Assembly: GCF_964355755.1 (NCBI RefSeq)
Contig: NC_092678.1
Span: 19,919,365-19,983,364 of the forward strand
Reading direction: 5' to 3'
Origin: Antedon mediterranea
Taxonomy: Eukaryota; Animalia; Echinodermata
DNA length: 64,000 nucleotides
Under the pieces are notes generated by a model. It saw only the letters and a list, made by a program, of their open reading frames with translations, did no database searches and had not been told where the DNA came from. A program made the translations under genes and the position numbers. Positions 12,934 through 27,642 of this stretch are shown here, piece by piece (the first letter of the stretch is position 1; the number at the start of each line of letters is the position of its first letter).

Positions 12934-14682
12934 TGATAATTTGATATATATTGTAAACTTTGTTTTTAATTTTATTTATTTCTCTTTCGGGCTTTTGATT
13001 TTAATATAGTTAATGAAATCTTTTTACTTTCCTACATTGAAGTACTTTCTATTATAATAATTATAAATAAGAAATTTCACCTAATTAACACATAAAGTAC
13101 TACAAATCATTATTGTAAATTCTGTATGATTTTAATTGGTTCTAAATTTATTATATCCTTATTCTCATTCTTAAATAATTTTGATAATTTAATAAATACA
13201 ATTTTTGAATACTAGTATTGTAAATGTTAAAATTATTGAGAGAATTTAAAATATTAATTAATTCAGGCTCCTCTGATTATTGTTAAAAAATAAAATTAAC
13301 ACTCTGACAACATAAAATAGTTAAACAGTGCCATCTATTTTTAACGGTCGATAAACTTTTTAACAGCAGTTAGGCCCAACTTTCGGTTCACGATGTGAGG
13401 ACATAGTTACCATTTCTGGCATTATTATTATTATTATTTTATTTTTCTTTTATTAGGTGATATTTTATAATAAAAAGATCACTTATTGTTATTGTATGAA
13501 AATATCATTATTGTTTTACTTTATTTTTAGTCGCGTTCAACGGTCGGTCGGTTGGTCGGTAAATACTAACTTGAGCACACGACTGCAACCATGTATATGG
13601 ACTTGTTTCTTATTTTTACTATTTCAAAGAATTATTTTTTCACCAAAACACTTGGCGTCGGGAACCAGGGGGATGGGGGAAAGCCCACTGAAAGCTCGGC
13701 TCTTTGAGTAATTTATAGATCGTTTCAATCGATTTCTGAACACATAAAAATTCCTCCCAGAAGAATACAATTAGGTTACGCATTTTTAAAGCACTGGTCC
13801 TGATGCCCACACACAAAATATATAATCTGTATTTGTATGTAGATACTGTATTTTCAGAAATTACATACGATATGTCGATATAAGAAGTCTTACTTTCTTA
13901 TTCATTTCAATAATTTAATGATTTTGCCTTTCAAAAGTGAGGTACTGGTACTGGTACTGGTTCAAATAACCGTCTCACAGAGACATCTGGTAGCCATTGA
14001 CTTGAAGTTGGCATTTGGATGTGTTACTTTTAAATGTAGGCCTACAGTATGAGAGTGACTACTACCAAATTACACAGTCACAAAACAACTTATAAAACAG
14101 TTCATATGAGGTGGACAATCACTCACTAATCAAATTATCTACAACTCCGTGGATGCGTAAGATCGTATCTGTAAATTTGGTGTTTTACTATTAGAACTTT
14201 TAATTTATGTCCACTTGTCTGTTGTTAGTAACATACCTTTTACGAGCTTTTATAGAATTTTCTTCTTTATGGCATGAGAAAATTTCCCGAATGATCTTAA
14301 TCGAAACCGTACTGAGTTTGGTCTTCTAGCGTCCCAGCCGCTCCCCCAAAAGTCATCCATTCAGAAGCACTGATGAACACAGTTTATCCGTGGTGGCTAT
14401 GAGTGGTCCGGTCACGTCCCGGGACATGACTAATTATAATCACTTCACTATAATATCACTATAATTATAATCGCTTCGCTCGCGTACCATCTAGATCGTG
14501 CCCATAGATGGTTCTCGAATACATAGTAATTTCAGCGTTAAAAAATTGGCGACTTCAAATGTACATGCAAGACAATTAAATCGGTGATTTATGTACTCAA
14601 CTAAAATTAGCATCCTGGGAATTACTTCCGAAAGAGAAACTTGTCACAAAATAAGACCAATTGTTTTGAAACAAACTAAATG

Positions 14683-14942
14683 TGTGTTTTGTATGCAACA
14701 TGAGGGTTGAGGGATGGGGAAGAGGATGGGTGCAAAGACGAAAAATTTGTGTTTTGTATGCAACATAAGGGTTGAGGGATGGGGAAGAGGATGGGTGCAA
14801 AGACGAACAATTTGTGTTTTGTATGCAACATGAGGGTTGAGGGATGGGGAAGAGGATGGGTGCAAAGACGAACAATTTGTGTTTTGTATGCAACATGAGG
14901 GTTTAGGGATGGGGAAGAGGATGGGTGCAAAGACGAACAATT
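14683..14942 (+). repeat. 65 bp minisatellite x4, G-rich
   Basis: gtatgcaaca at 14691, 14756, 14821 and 14886. The unit contains gggttgagggatggggaagaggatggg. Confidence 0.95.
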
Positions 14943-16673
14943 TTTAAATATATTCTTTATCCATTTAGTAACGAAATATCAATTGTTTTCATGTTTTACA
15001 AATAATATACCACTAAACCATGGAGGTATTTATACCTCCATGACTAAACACAGTAAAACATTGCTATTTAATACTTTGTTAAAACTGTCACCGTATAGTC
15101 GATTGAAATAGTACAGTACATGTAACGATACATCACTTATACGACGTTTATATTTTTTTGTACAGTAATTAGATTATTAATTAATATTAACGTTCAGAAG
15201 GAACTGTCAGTAATAAAGTAAACATCTCTATTCGGGGGAAATCGTAAGTTCGCTTTAATCGTCAATAAATAATTATCTAACTTAACTTAATTAGTATGTC
15301 TAATGGTTTTGAATTGTTTCTTAGATTAGAGCCAATTCATATTTAAGTTGGTTTCTAACCGCCAAAGTTGTTCTGCGTTTAGGGCATGTGATCCTTCATA
15401 CCGTACCTTAGGCATATCCCCTAATGGCTTTACAATGTTACTTATGCCAGTGAGTGGGAGGGTGGTGGTGTGGGTGGTGGTGGTTTAACTGCAATAATAA
15501 AGATGATTGTACATAATAGATGGCGACTGGAAAGGCTAGCTCATTATCCGTTAAAAAAAATACCTATATCCAACCTCTGCAGCACAGATTGGATAAAATG
15601 GATCGAATTTCTGTTATGGCTGTACAGCACTTGTCTTTACGACGCCTGAGGGAATAGACACTTGTGGAACTGAGATTGGAATGTTCCATTTATCGCAAAA
15701 CAGTTGTATAAATGTATATTAAATCTATCAAAGTAGTATTTTTTAAAGAAAATCGGTCTGTCTTCAACATTATGATGCTGTACTCGAGCTGTTCAACCAG
15801 TTTTCAGCTATTAAAAACCATTATCGTATTAGGGGATAGGAAAATGCGAAGCATCCTCGTATTATTGTGTGCGGGTATTTTTCAAGATGGACATCCATTA
15901 GACAGTGTATACCACGATCGAAAAACACCCCTATTTGGGGCAAATCGTTGAACTTAAATTCGTTTTAATCGTCAATAACTAATTATCGAACTCAATTTAA
16001 TTAGTAAACTGGGTTACATCAGGCGATTAAAATCAGTACCGAAAGTACGAACCAACTTTATATACCATCGAGTAAACATTCTAGAAATAACGCGCGATTT
16101 ACCGAATTTTGCCCTTACGTAAATTTATATATAGATGCCCGGGAGCACTCTATAGAATTGCAATGAATTGTGTGTTTGTATTAACTTAATGCTGTACTTT
16201 ATTCTTTATTCTTACAACCAACAGTGCACGGGTTCATAATACAAATATATATTTAAAAACACAACGATAACATGTTTATAATAATACCGTTCAAAAAACA
16301 TTTAAATTGCGAACCGCAACAGTTAAAAATACCTAAACAATTATTAGATTTATAATTATAAATCTTGAAACGAAGATTATGAACACAGACATTAAATTAA
16401 ATTAGATTAAGACATTTAAACTGAAAAATAAAGTCCTGTTTTGCTTTTCCTGAAATGGGGGAAACGACAGGGTAGGCCTATACTATATAACTTAATTTTG
16501 TAGACGATTTCAATAAATCGTATAAATTAATAATATAACACATAGGCCATGTTTCATTTTATACCTACAATTTCTTAAAATTATTTTTTTGTTTGTAAAC
16601 ATTAATGTTTAAAAAACAAACATTCTTTGTGCCGCACTTGGGGTATGCGTATGACATGTCGGTGCGCTTTGCA

Positions 16674-16681
16674 TGACGTCA
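16674..16681. promoter_or_regulatory. CRE palindrome TGACGTCA ~170 bp upstream of the MPISLCC ATG (also 28799-28806, 42912-42919, 54536-54543; AGACGTCA variant at 2154-2161)
   Basis: Exact match to the CREB/ATF consensus in four of five copies. Function not shown. Confidence 0.5.
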
Positions 16682-16844
16682 CACAATCACCATGGATAGA
16701 AATGTAAACGTACGCACGAAACAAAACCTCAAATGGCAACTAGCGACAGCTTGTGCCGGATGGCTGGTGAATAGCCCGATACATATCGGTCGTTTTTCCA
16801 GTCTTTACAACCGTTTTCGGAAGTATTTTAATAAATTAATTGAT

Positions 16845-19800
16845 ATGCCTATTTCTCTTTGTTGTGGAATTAAACTCCGCCTTCCCAAATGTTTACGTAG
16901 AACAAGAATAGGTAAGTTGATTACGTTACATTACAACATAGGCCTAGTCTGATTCTAACTTTAGGCAAGTCATCCTATCTAGGCACCATGCCTAATTTAG
17001 ATTATAATTATTACAACACTTAATTAGTAACTGGTGTTGTTTTCTTTACATTTTTGGTAGGCCTATGTACACTTTAAAAAAATAAGGTTAAAAGTATTAA
17101 AACTATGGGAAAATGGCATAATTATTGTTACAATAATGTTTGTTTATGTAACCGTAGTTACTGAACTTGTAGTGGTGCGTATAAAATGGTCGCGTAAAAG
17201 AGCATCAGCGCGGTCTTAGTTGACCTCTCACGTCACGAGATCACAAAAAGCGGTGTGACGTATGTAAAACAATGAATTGCTCTTGGGGGCGTGGCCTGTA
17301 TTATAATCACAATGCTATTGGTGTAAAGTTAGGCGCTTAATTACGTCATAAAATGAAAAAAAAATCGTGATACGTTGCGAGTGTGACGTGTGGTGGGGGG
17401 TGTGTTTGTCGAGAGTCGGTGGTTGATCGGGGTCGGATCCGTGGACGTGGTAGTTTGTACTAGCTTAGGCCTTAGGCTAGCTATAGGCCTACTAGGCCTA
17501 GTAGTAGAAGCAGTAGGCCTACTGGCCAAAACCTCAAAACATGCCTAGGTAGCGGTACTACTACTAGCCTACTACAGTAGTACTACTAGTATAGGGTAGG
17601 CCTAGTACTAGCCTAGCCTAGCTAGCCTATAGAGGGCCTAGCTAGACTAGAGCCTGCCCTGCGTGAGGCTAGCCTAGCCTCAGCTCAGGCCTAGCTAGCT
17701 AGAGTAGTAGGTCTAGACTCTCTAGGCCTAATGCTAGTCATCTAGGCCCTAGCTAGGCTAGCCTCTAGCCAGCTACACTAGCTTAGCCTCTCTATAGCTT
17801 TAGCCTAGGCTAGTAGGGTAGGTAGGCCTAATTAATTAGTATATAGAATTATAGGTTAGGCAGCCTAACCTAGAGGCCTACTACTAGGCTAGCCTAGGCC
17901 TTAGCCTAATACTAGCTAGTAGAAGGCTAGCCTCTAGCTAGGGCTAGGCCTACTATTATAGGCTAGACTAGCCTAGTATTAACTATTAGTTTAATAGTTT
18001 AGTATTACGAGGCCTCTCACTAGGCGATCCTATACTAAGCTACCCAAGAGTATAAGAGCCTACCTAGCTAGGAGGCCTGGCTAGTATTTTAGGCTGTGCC
18101 CTATCTAGCCTACAGTAGTTGATATCCCTTCCCAACCAACACTCTATCTTCACACGTGAGACATTGCAAGGCCGTAGCGAGAGGTTAAAATGAGACGAAG
18201 CAATATGCTTTTAATATAATTATATTATATAAAATATGACCTCAGCTTCTTAGTGGGCTGGGTTGTGAAATTTTCAGAGATAATTCGAGCGCCTCTTCTT
18301 CCTCATGCTAACTACGGCCCTGCATTGTTCATATTGGTATCTTTTTTTGTAGTTGTAGCAGTCTTACCAGCAGGACCCCCAGCCCCAGTAGTAGCAGCAG
18401 CAACAGGAGATGAAGAAGATGAATCCTATAGACCAATAGATGGAAGTTCGAACATTCAATCATCATCTTCACCTGCTGCAGGTAGGCCAGCCTTGCATAA
18501 TAGCCTATCATTTACTATTTTCCTTAGGACACCACAGATTTGTATACAGTATATAGGGTATGCTGTTTACTTTAGAATTAAAGATTAATTTGAAAAACTT
18601 TTATCACAGTCAACTCACTCACTCCTGGCCTGAATGACTTATTACAACTAACAAGCGCAAAACATCTGCGATTGACACTAAAACTAGACACGTCCACCTG
18701 CCAGACATCGCAACTTGCAGTCAAGAGCACCAATGACGAAGATGTGCAACTCAAAAAGCGTGCAGCTACATTTGTACAAGATGTCCTAGCCACTGCAGTT
18801 GCAAAATGCCAAGCCATAGAACAAGACGAGAACAACACTGACCGTAAGAACATACACTACCTTTATGCCTAAGCCAATTGATAGGCCTACCACTAGCATA
18901 AATAGATATCGAAATAATTTTCTTGTTTTGTTCTTAATCTTAGATAAAGAATTTGATGATGAATAATTGTTATTTGAATTTTTTTTAAATAAAGTCTTTT
19001 TTTTATCTTAATCATAAAAGAATTGTATAATAATTGATTATAATTTTAGACATATCAAAATAATTGTAATAATATCTCTTTAGACAAGGCAACTGAAGCA
19101 CAGCAGCCAGCTGAAACCTCCACCTCTGATGAGGATGTCGAGCTTGACAATCTGGCCACAAGTCTTGTGGAAGAAACTTTGTCAGTAGTAATGGCAGAAC
19201 AACTGGCAACTGTTCATAACAATAAAGCACATTATCCAACTGCAGGTAGGCCAGCCTTGCATAATAGGTTATCATTTAATATTTTCTTTAGGACATCCCA
19301 CATGATTTGTTTTAGTGTATATTAGTATGCTGTTGGAATATATTACTTTAGAATTAAAGTTTAATTTGAAGAAACTTTTATCACAGGCAACTCACTCACT
19401 CTTGGCCTGAATGATTCATTACAACTAACAAGCACAAAACATCTGCGATCGTCACAAAAACTAGACACGTCCACCTGCCAGACATCTCAACTTGCAGTCA
19501 AGAGCACCAATGACGAAGATGTACAACTCAAAAAGCGTGCAGCTACATTTGTGCAAGATATCCTAGCCACTGCAGTTGCAAAATGCCAAGCCATAGAACA
19601 AGACGAGAACAACACTGACCGTAAGAACATACACTACCATCATGCCTAAGCCAATTGAAAGGCCTACCACTAGCATAAATAGATATCGAAAAGTAATTCA
19701 AGCCATCAAATGTGGAGCATGTGTACCTAAAGACAACCTCTCCCCAACACCCAACCCAGTCCACCTCGTTAAATAAACCAATCAATCTCTCATCTTTTTT

Positions 19801-22800
19801 TTATAATTGATTAAATTCTCTTTCACATTTATATTTAGATTTGTTCTCAGAATTGAAGGACAAAATATATAGCTCATGTTTTTCTGTTTTCTTTTCGTCT
19901 CTTAATTTAATTTTCTTGTTTTGTTTTTAGATAAACAATTTGATGATGAATAACGGTTATTTAAATTTTTTTTAAATAAAGTCATTTTTTTTTATCTTAA
20001 TCATAAAAGAATTGTATAATAATTGATTATAATTTTAGACATATCAAAATAATTGTAATAATGTCTCTTTAGACAAGGCAACTGAAGCACAGCAGCCAGC
20101 TGAAACCTCCACCTCTGATGAGGATGTCGAGCTTGACAATCTGGCAACAAGTCTTGTGGAAGAAACTTTGTCAATAGTAATGGCAGAACACCTGGCCACT
20201 GTTCATGACAATGAAGCACATCATCCAACTGCAGGTAGGCCAGCCTTGCATAATAGCTTATCCTCTAATATTTTCTTTAGGACATCCCACATATTTTTTT
20301 TTTAGTTTATATTAGTATGCTGTTGGAATATATTACTTTATAATTAAAGTTTAATTTAAAAAAACTTTTATCACAGTCAACCCACTCACCCCTAGCCTGA
20401 ATGACTCATTACAACTAACAAGCGCAAAACATCTGCGATCGTCACAAAAACTAGACACGCCCACCTGCCAGACATCTCAACTTGCAGTCAAGAGCACCAA
20501 CGACAAAGATGTACAACTCAAAAAGCGTGCAGCTACATTTGTGCAAGATATCCTAGCCACTGCAGTTGCAAAATGCCAAGCCATAGAACAAGACGAGAAC
20601 AACACTGACCGTAAGATCATACACTACCATCATGCCTAAGCCAATTGAAAGGCCTACCACTAGCATAAATAGATATCGAAAAGTAATTCAAGCCATCAAA
20701 TGTGGAGCATGTGTACCTAAAGACAACCTCTCCCCAACACCCAACCCAGTCCACCTCGTTAAATAAACCAATCAATCTCTCATCTTTTTTTTATAATTGG
20801 TTAAATTCTCTTTCACATTTATATTTAGATTTGTTCTCAGAATTGAAGGACAAAATATATAGCTCATGTTTTTCTGTTTTCTTTTCGTCTCTTAATTTAA
20901 TTTTCTTGTTTTCTTTTTAGATAAACAATTTGATGATGAATAACGGTTATTTAAATTTTTTTTAAATAAAGTCATTTTTTTTTATCTTAATCATAAAAGA
21001 ATTGTATAATAATTGATTATAATTTTAGACATATCAAAATAATTGTAATAATATCTTTATAGACAAGGCAACTGAAGCACAGCAGCCAGCTGAAACCTCC
21101 ACCTCTGATAAGGATGTCGAACTTGACAATCTGGCAACAAGTCTTGTGGAAGAAACTTTGTCAATAGTAATGGCAGAACACCTGGCCACTGTTCATAACA
21201 ATGAAGCACATCATCCAACTGCAGGTAGGCCAGCCTTGCATAATAGCTTATCATCTAATATTTTCTTTAGGACATCCCACATATTTTTTTTTTTAGTTTA
21301 TATTAGTATGCTGTTGGAATATATTACTTTATAATTAAAGTTTAATTTGAAAAAACTTTTATCACAGTCAACCCACTCACCCCTAGCCTGAATGACTCAT
21401 TACAACTAACAAGCGCAAAACATCTGCGATCGTCACAAAAACTAGACACGTCCACCTGCCAGACATCTCAACTTGCAGTCAAGAGCACCAATGACGAAGA
21501 TGTACAACTCAAAAAGCGTGCAGCTACATTTGTGCAAGATATCCTAGCCACTGCAGTTGCAAAATGCCAAGCCATAGAACAAGACGAGAACAACACTGAC
21601 CGTAAGAACATACACTACCATCATGCCTAAGCCAATTGAAAGGCCTACCACTAGCATAAATAGATATCGAAAAGTAATTCAAGCCATCAAATGTGGAGCA
21701 TGTGTACCTAAAGACAACCTCTCCCCAACACCCACCCCAGTCCACCTCGTTAAATAAACCAATCAATCTCTCATCTTTTTTTTATAATTGGTTAAATTCT
21801 CTTTCACATTTATATTTAGATTTGTTCTCAGAATTGAAGGACAAAATATATAGCTCATGTTTTTCTGTTTTCTTTTCGTCTCTTAATTTAATTTTCTTGT
21901 TTTGTTTTTAGATAAACAATTTGATGATGAATAATGGTTATTTAAATTTTTTTTAAATAAAGTCATTTTTTTTTATCTGAATCATAAAAGAATTGTATAA
22001 TAATTGATTATAATTTTAGACATATCAAAATAATTGTAATAATATCTCTATAGACAAGGCAACTGAAGCACAGCAGCCAGCTGAAACCTCCACCTCTGAT
22101 GAGGATGTCGAGCTTGACAATCTGGCAACAAGTCTTGTGGAAGAAACTTTGTCAATAGTAATGGCAGAACACCTGGCCACTGTTCATAACAATGAAGCAC
22201 ATCATCCAACTGCAGGTAGGCCAGCCTTGCATAAAAGCTTATCATCTAATATTTTCTTTAGGACATCCCACATATTTTTTTTTTTAGTTTATATTAGTAT
22301 GCTGTTGGAATATATTACTTTATAATTAAAGTTTAATTTGAAAAAACTTTTATCACAGTCAACCCACTCACCCCTAGCCTGAATGACTCATTACAACTAA
22401 CAAGCGCAAAACATCTGCGATCGTCACAAAAACTAGACACGTCCACCTGCCAGACATCTCAACTTGCAGTCAAGAGTACCAATGACGAAGATGTACAACT
22501 CAAAAAGCGTGCAGCTACATTTGTGCAAGATATCCTAGCCACTGCAGTTGCAAAATGCCAAGCCATAGAACAAGACGAGAACAACACTGACCGTAAGAAC
22601 ATACACTACCATCATGCCTAAGCCAATTGAATGGCCTACCACTAGCATAAATAGATATCGAAAAGTAATTCAAGCCATCAAATGTGGAGCATGTGTACCT
22701 AAAGACAACCTCTCCCCAACACCCACCCCAGTCCACCTCGTTAAATAAACCAATCAATCTCTCATCTTTTTTTTATAATTGGTTAAATTCTCTTTCACAT

Positions 22801-25800
22801 TTATATTTAGATTTGTTCTCAGAATTGAAGGACAAAATATATAGCTCATGTTTTTCTGTTTTCTTTTTGTCTCTTAATTTAATTTTCTTGTTTTGTTTTT
22901 AGATAAACAATTTGATGATGAATAACGGTTATTTAAATTTTTTTTAAATAAAGTCTTTTTTTTTATCTTAATCATAAAAGAATTGTATAATAATTGATTA
23001 TAATTTTAGACATATCAAAATAATTGTAATAATATCTTTATAGACAAGGCAACTGAAGCACAGCAGCCAGCTGAAACCTCCACCTCTGATGAGGATGTCG
23101 AGCTTGACAATCTGGCAACAAGTCTTGTGGAAGAAACTTTGTCAATAGTAATGGCAGAACAACTGGCCACTGTTCATAACAATGAAGCACATCATCCAAC
23201 TGCAGGTAGGCCAGCCTTGCATTATAGCTTATCATCTAATATTTTCTTTAGGACATCCCACATGATTTGTTTTAGTGTATATTAGTATGCTGTTGGAATA
23301 TATTACTTTAGAATTAAAGTTTAATTTGAAAAAACTTTTATCACAGGCAACTCACTCACTCTTGGCCTTAATGGCTCATTACAATTAACAAGCGCAAAAC
23401 ATCTGCGATCGACACAAAAACTAGACACGTGTACCTGTGAGACATCACAATTTGCAGTCAAGACCAACTATAATGAGGATGTACAACTCAAACAGCGTGT
23501 AGCTACATTTATACAAGATGTCCTAGCCACTGCAGTTGCAAAATGTCAAGCCATAGAGCAAGACGAGAACAACACTGACCGTAAGAACATACACTACCTT
23601 TATGCCTAAGCCAATTGATAGGCGGCCTAACCAACCGATTTCCTAAACTGTTATATTTATTAACAATTAGAAATCTATATTATAACATATCAATAACCCA
23701 ATTTGTTTTTGCTCTCCCCCTCCTCCTAGACCTCACAACCTATACTTGTACAGATCGATGGTCAGAATATGGAGACACTTTCTTCAGATTGAAAGGAAAT
23801 ACTATGGCAGGTGGCCACTTTGTAAGTAACTCATAGACCCTGCCCCACAAAAACATGTACAAAGGCAGTGGCATGTGCCTCTTTCAATGTACGCAGTTTA
23901 ATGAATGTCAAAAAAGAGGAAAACAAATTCTGCTTCCCAAAAATAATTTTTTCCCAACAAAAGCAAAAACCAGAAAAAGAAAATTTAGGCAAAATAAAGA
24001 CGATCTAGGCTACCAAACAACAGGACACTGACCTTCACTACATAAAACGTTATTATGCGGATGCTATACGATTATGCCCAACCCCACATTAGGCGACTGG
24101 TAGTACCACGGTACCATCCTTAGTCCATATTATTTTTTTTTTTTTTACTATGTTTGAATTTTTTATAGGCATCAGATTGCAAAAGCATCCAGGAACAGAA
24201 TGACGAAATGGATGAAGCATTTTATAAGTATGGAGTGGAAAGTGATTATGACTGGATAGACATGGGACCTTCAGACCCAAGCGATGAAGAACCAGATGCC
24301 TGGGTGAGGCAGAGAGCTATCGCCCAGAGATTAGCAGCCAAGGCTGCAAGGAGATCTTTGAATATTAACCCTGGTAAGCCAACTGAAGCCTCCATCTGTG
24401 ATGATGATGAGGAGCTGAACAATCATCCAACTACAGGTAGGTCAGCCTTGCATAATAGCTTATCATTTAATATTTTCTTTAGGACATCCCACATGATTTG
24501 TTTTAGTGTATATTAGTATGCTGTTGGAATATATTACTTTATAATTAAAGTTTAATTTGAAAAAACTTTTATCACAGTCAACTCACTCACTCCTGGCCTG
24601 AATGACTCATTACAACTAACAAGCGCAAAACATCTGCGATCGACACTAAAACTAGACACGTCCACCTGCCAGACATCACAACTTGCAGTCATGAGCACCA
24701 TTGATGAAAATGTGCATCTCAAACAGCAGGCAGCTACCTTTGTACAAGATGTCCTATCAACTGCAGTTGCAAAATGTCAAGACGAGAACAACACTGACCG
24801 TAAGAACATACACTATCATCAATTGATAACATACAGTATTTATTTGTAGATATCTAAAACTTAAAAGAAGTTTTAAGCTGTAAAAAAGGAGTGTGTACCT
24901 GTAGCCAATCTCTCTCCCAACACCCACCCAGTTAAATAGACCAATCAATCTTTCATCTTTTGTTTTTTTAAACAGATTCTTGTTTACATTTGTTCATTCT
25001 AATTTTTAAAGGAGACAGTATATTAAGCTCATCTTTTTCTGTTTTCTTTTCATCTCTTAATTTCCTTTTCATGCTTTGTTTTTCGACGAAAAATTTTATG
25101 ATGAATAAAGAAAATTTGAATAAAAAAAGATAAATATTCATGATTTGTTGTTATAATTGTTATTATTATTGTATAATCTTTAGAATATTAATTAATTGTA
25201 ATAATTATCAAACAAATTTCTCTATAGACAAGGCAACTGAAGCCCAGCAGAATACTGCAGCAGAGCAGACAACTGCAGAAAAGCAAACAACTGCAGCCTC
25301 CATCTCTGAGGAGGATGAGGAGCTCGACAAGCTTTCAAATTCTGTTGTTCAAGATGTTTTGTCGAAGGTCGCAGAAAATCTTGCCACCGCCAACCTGCTA
25401 ACTGAAGAACAGCAGCCACCTGAATCAGCCTACACGGATACAGTAGAGAAAGATCAGAGGAAAGGTACAATATGACTTTTCATTCATATGAATTTTCATT
25501 TAAGCCTTAACCAATCATTTCCATACTGTTATTTTTTTTAACAATTTCAAATCTATATTATAACATATCAGTAACGGAATTTCCTTTTACCCTGCCCTAG
25601 ATCTCACAACCGATACTTGCACAGAATACGGAGACCCTTTCTTCGGAATCAAAGGAGATACTGCTATGGCAGGTGGACAATTTGTAAGTAACTCATAGAC
25701 CTCACAAAAACAGGTACACAACAAGCAGTGGCATGAGCCTATTTCAATGTACTTAATTTACTGAATGTGAAAAGAGTGAAAAAATAATTCGGCTTCCCAA

Positions 25801-26455
25801 AAATAATTTAAAAATAATGAAGATCTAGGCTATCAAACAACAGGACAATGACCATCCTTGTACATAAAACGTTTTGTGCGTATGCGATATGATTATGCCC
25901 CACCCCACAACATTTCATTAGAGTCCACGGTACCATCCATAATCCGTATTATTTTTTTAAAGTTTTTACTATGTTTGAATTTTTTATAGGCATCAGATTG
26001 CAAAAGCATCCAGGAACAGAATGACGAAATGGATGAAGCATTTTATAAGTATGGAATGGAAAGTGACTATGACTGGATAGACATGGGACCTACAGACCCA
26101 AGCGACGAAGAACCAGATGCCTGGGTGAGGCAGAGAGCTATCGCCCAAAGATTAGCAGCTAAGGCTGCTATGAAATCATCGAATATTAACCCTGGTAAGT
26201 TTATTTTTATTTTTAAAAGCTGATTTGTTTGTCTACGCTTTACAAATTCTTCCCTATTAGTAGGGCCTCATGAGTACTAAAAATATTCATTCATTTTAAT
26301 GTTTAGACCAACACGAGCTACAAGACGTCGACAATGATGAGGAAACAAATTGCCGACCAATAGTAGTTGACATGACATCACTGGCTGACATGACAGCAGA
26401 TGATGATCCAAACTTAACCTATCATGATGCTACGATAGACCAATACAATTACTGA
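16845..26455 (+). CDS. Copy 2 of the repeat-protein gene (~1221 aa predicted; 5 A + 7 B/B' + 1 C helix exons)
   Basis: Order ex1 (16845-16911), ex2 (18353-18481), B,(A,B)x5, D', E+, B', C, D, E, F (26307-26455). Splice sites are conserved and I saw no in-frame stops. Confidence 0.8.
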
Positions 26456-27642
26456 ATACTTTAATCATATTTACAATGGACTAATTATAATCATTTCAAT
26501 ATTAATTTTTACGATAAGGATACATTATTTGATATGTTTGTTTTATGAATTTTACAGTTGTGCAATAATAAATGAAAATTTGATATATATATTGTAAACT
26601 TTGTTTTTAATTTTATTTATTTCTCTTTCGGGCTTTTGATTTTAATATAGTTAATGAAATCTTTTTACTTTCCTACATTGAAATACTTTCTATTATAATA
26701 ATTATAAATAAGAAATTTCACCTAATTAACACATAAAGTACTACAAATCATTATTGTAAATTATGTATGATTTTAATTGGTTCTAAATTTATTATATCCT
26801 TATTCTCATTCTTAAATAATTTTGAATACTAGTATTGTAAATGTTAAAATTATTGAGAGAATTTAAAATTTTAATTAATTCAGGCGTCTCTGATTATTGT
26901 TAAAAAAATAAAAATAACACTCTGACAACATAAAATAGTTAAACAGCGCCATCTATTTTTAACGGTCGATAAACTTTTTAACAGCAGTTAGGCCCAACTT
27001 TCGGTTCACGATGTGAGGACATAGTTACCATTTCTGGCATTATTATTATTTTATTTTTCTTTTATTAGGTGATATTTTATAATAAAAAGATCACTTATTG
27101 TTATTGTATGAAAATATTATTATTGTTTTACTTTATTTTTAGTCGCGTTCAACGGTCGGTCGGTTGGTCGGTAAATACTAACTTGAGCACACGACTGCAA
27201 CCATGTATATGGACTTGTTTCTTATTTTTACTATTTCAAAGAATTATTTTTTCACCAAAACACTTGGCGTTTGTCCATCCATAGTCGTCAGTTCTTGCAC
27301 TTTTTTTTAATACCTTTTTGACAAAATTCTCCGGCCCAATTTCCACATTTAAATTAGTTTATTTTTGCACAGTGACAACATCGTCGCAGATCCGTTTTTA
27401 ATAGTGGGTAAAGGGATGTATAAAAATGAAATACTTTGCGAGCGAACCAAGGGCCCGGGTCGGGAACCAGGGGGATGGGGGAAAGCCCACTGAAAGCTCG
27501 GCTCTTTGAGTAATTTATAGATCGTTTCAATCGATTTCTGAACACATAAAAATTCCACCCAGAAGAATACAATTAGGTTACGCATTTTTAAAGCACTGGT
27601 CCTGATGCCCCACTGGGTATATATTCACACAAAATATATAAT

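Noticed and set aside
14597-14940. Three overlapping minus-strand ORFs
   Set aside because: Artefacts of the stop-poor 65 bp minisatellite.
15712-15951. 79-85 aa spacer ORF (MYIKSIKVVF...)
   Set aside because: No recognisable domain, frameshifted at the 3' end in spacer 3 and deleted in spacer 2.
16692-16844. N-terminal extension MDRNVNVRTKQ... from an upstream ATG
   Set aside because: It is frameshifted by a 10 bp deletion in copy 1 and its ATG lies only ~10 bp after the CRE, so it is more likely promoter or 5' UTR. Not fully excluded.
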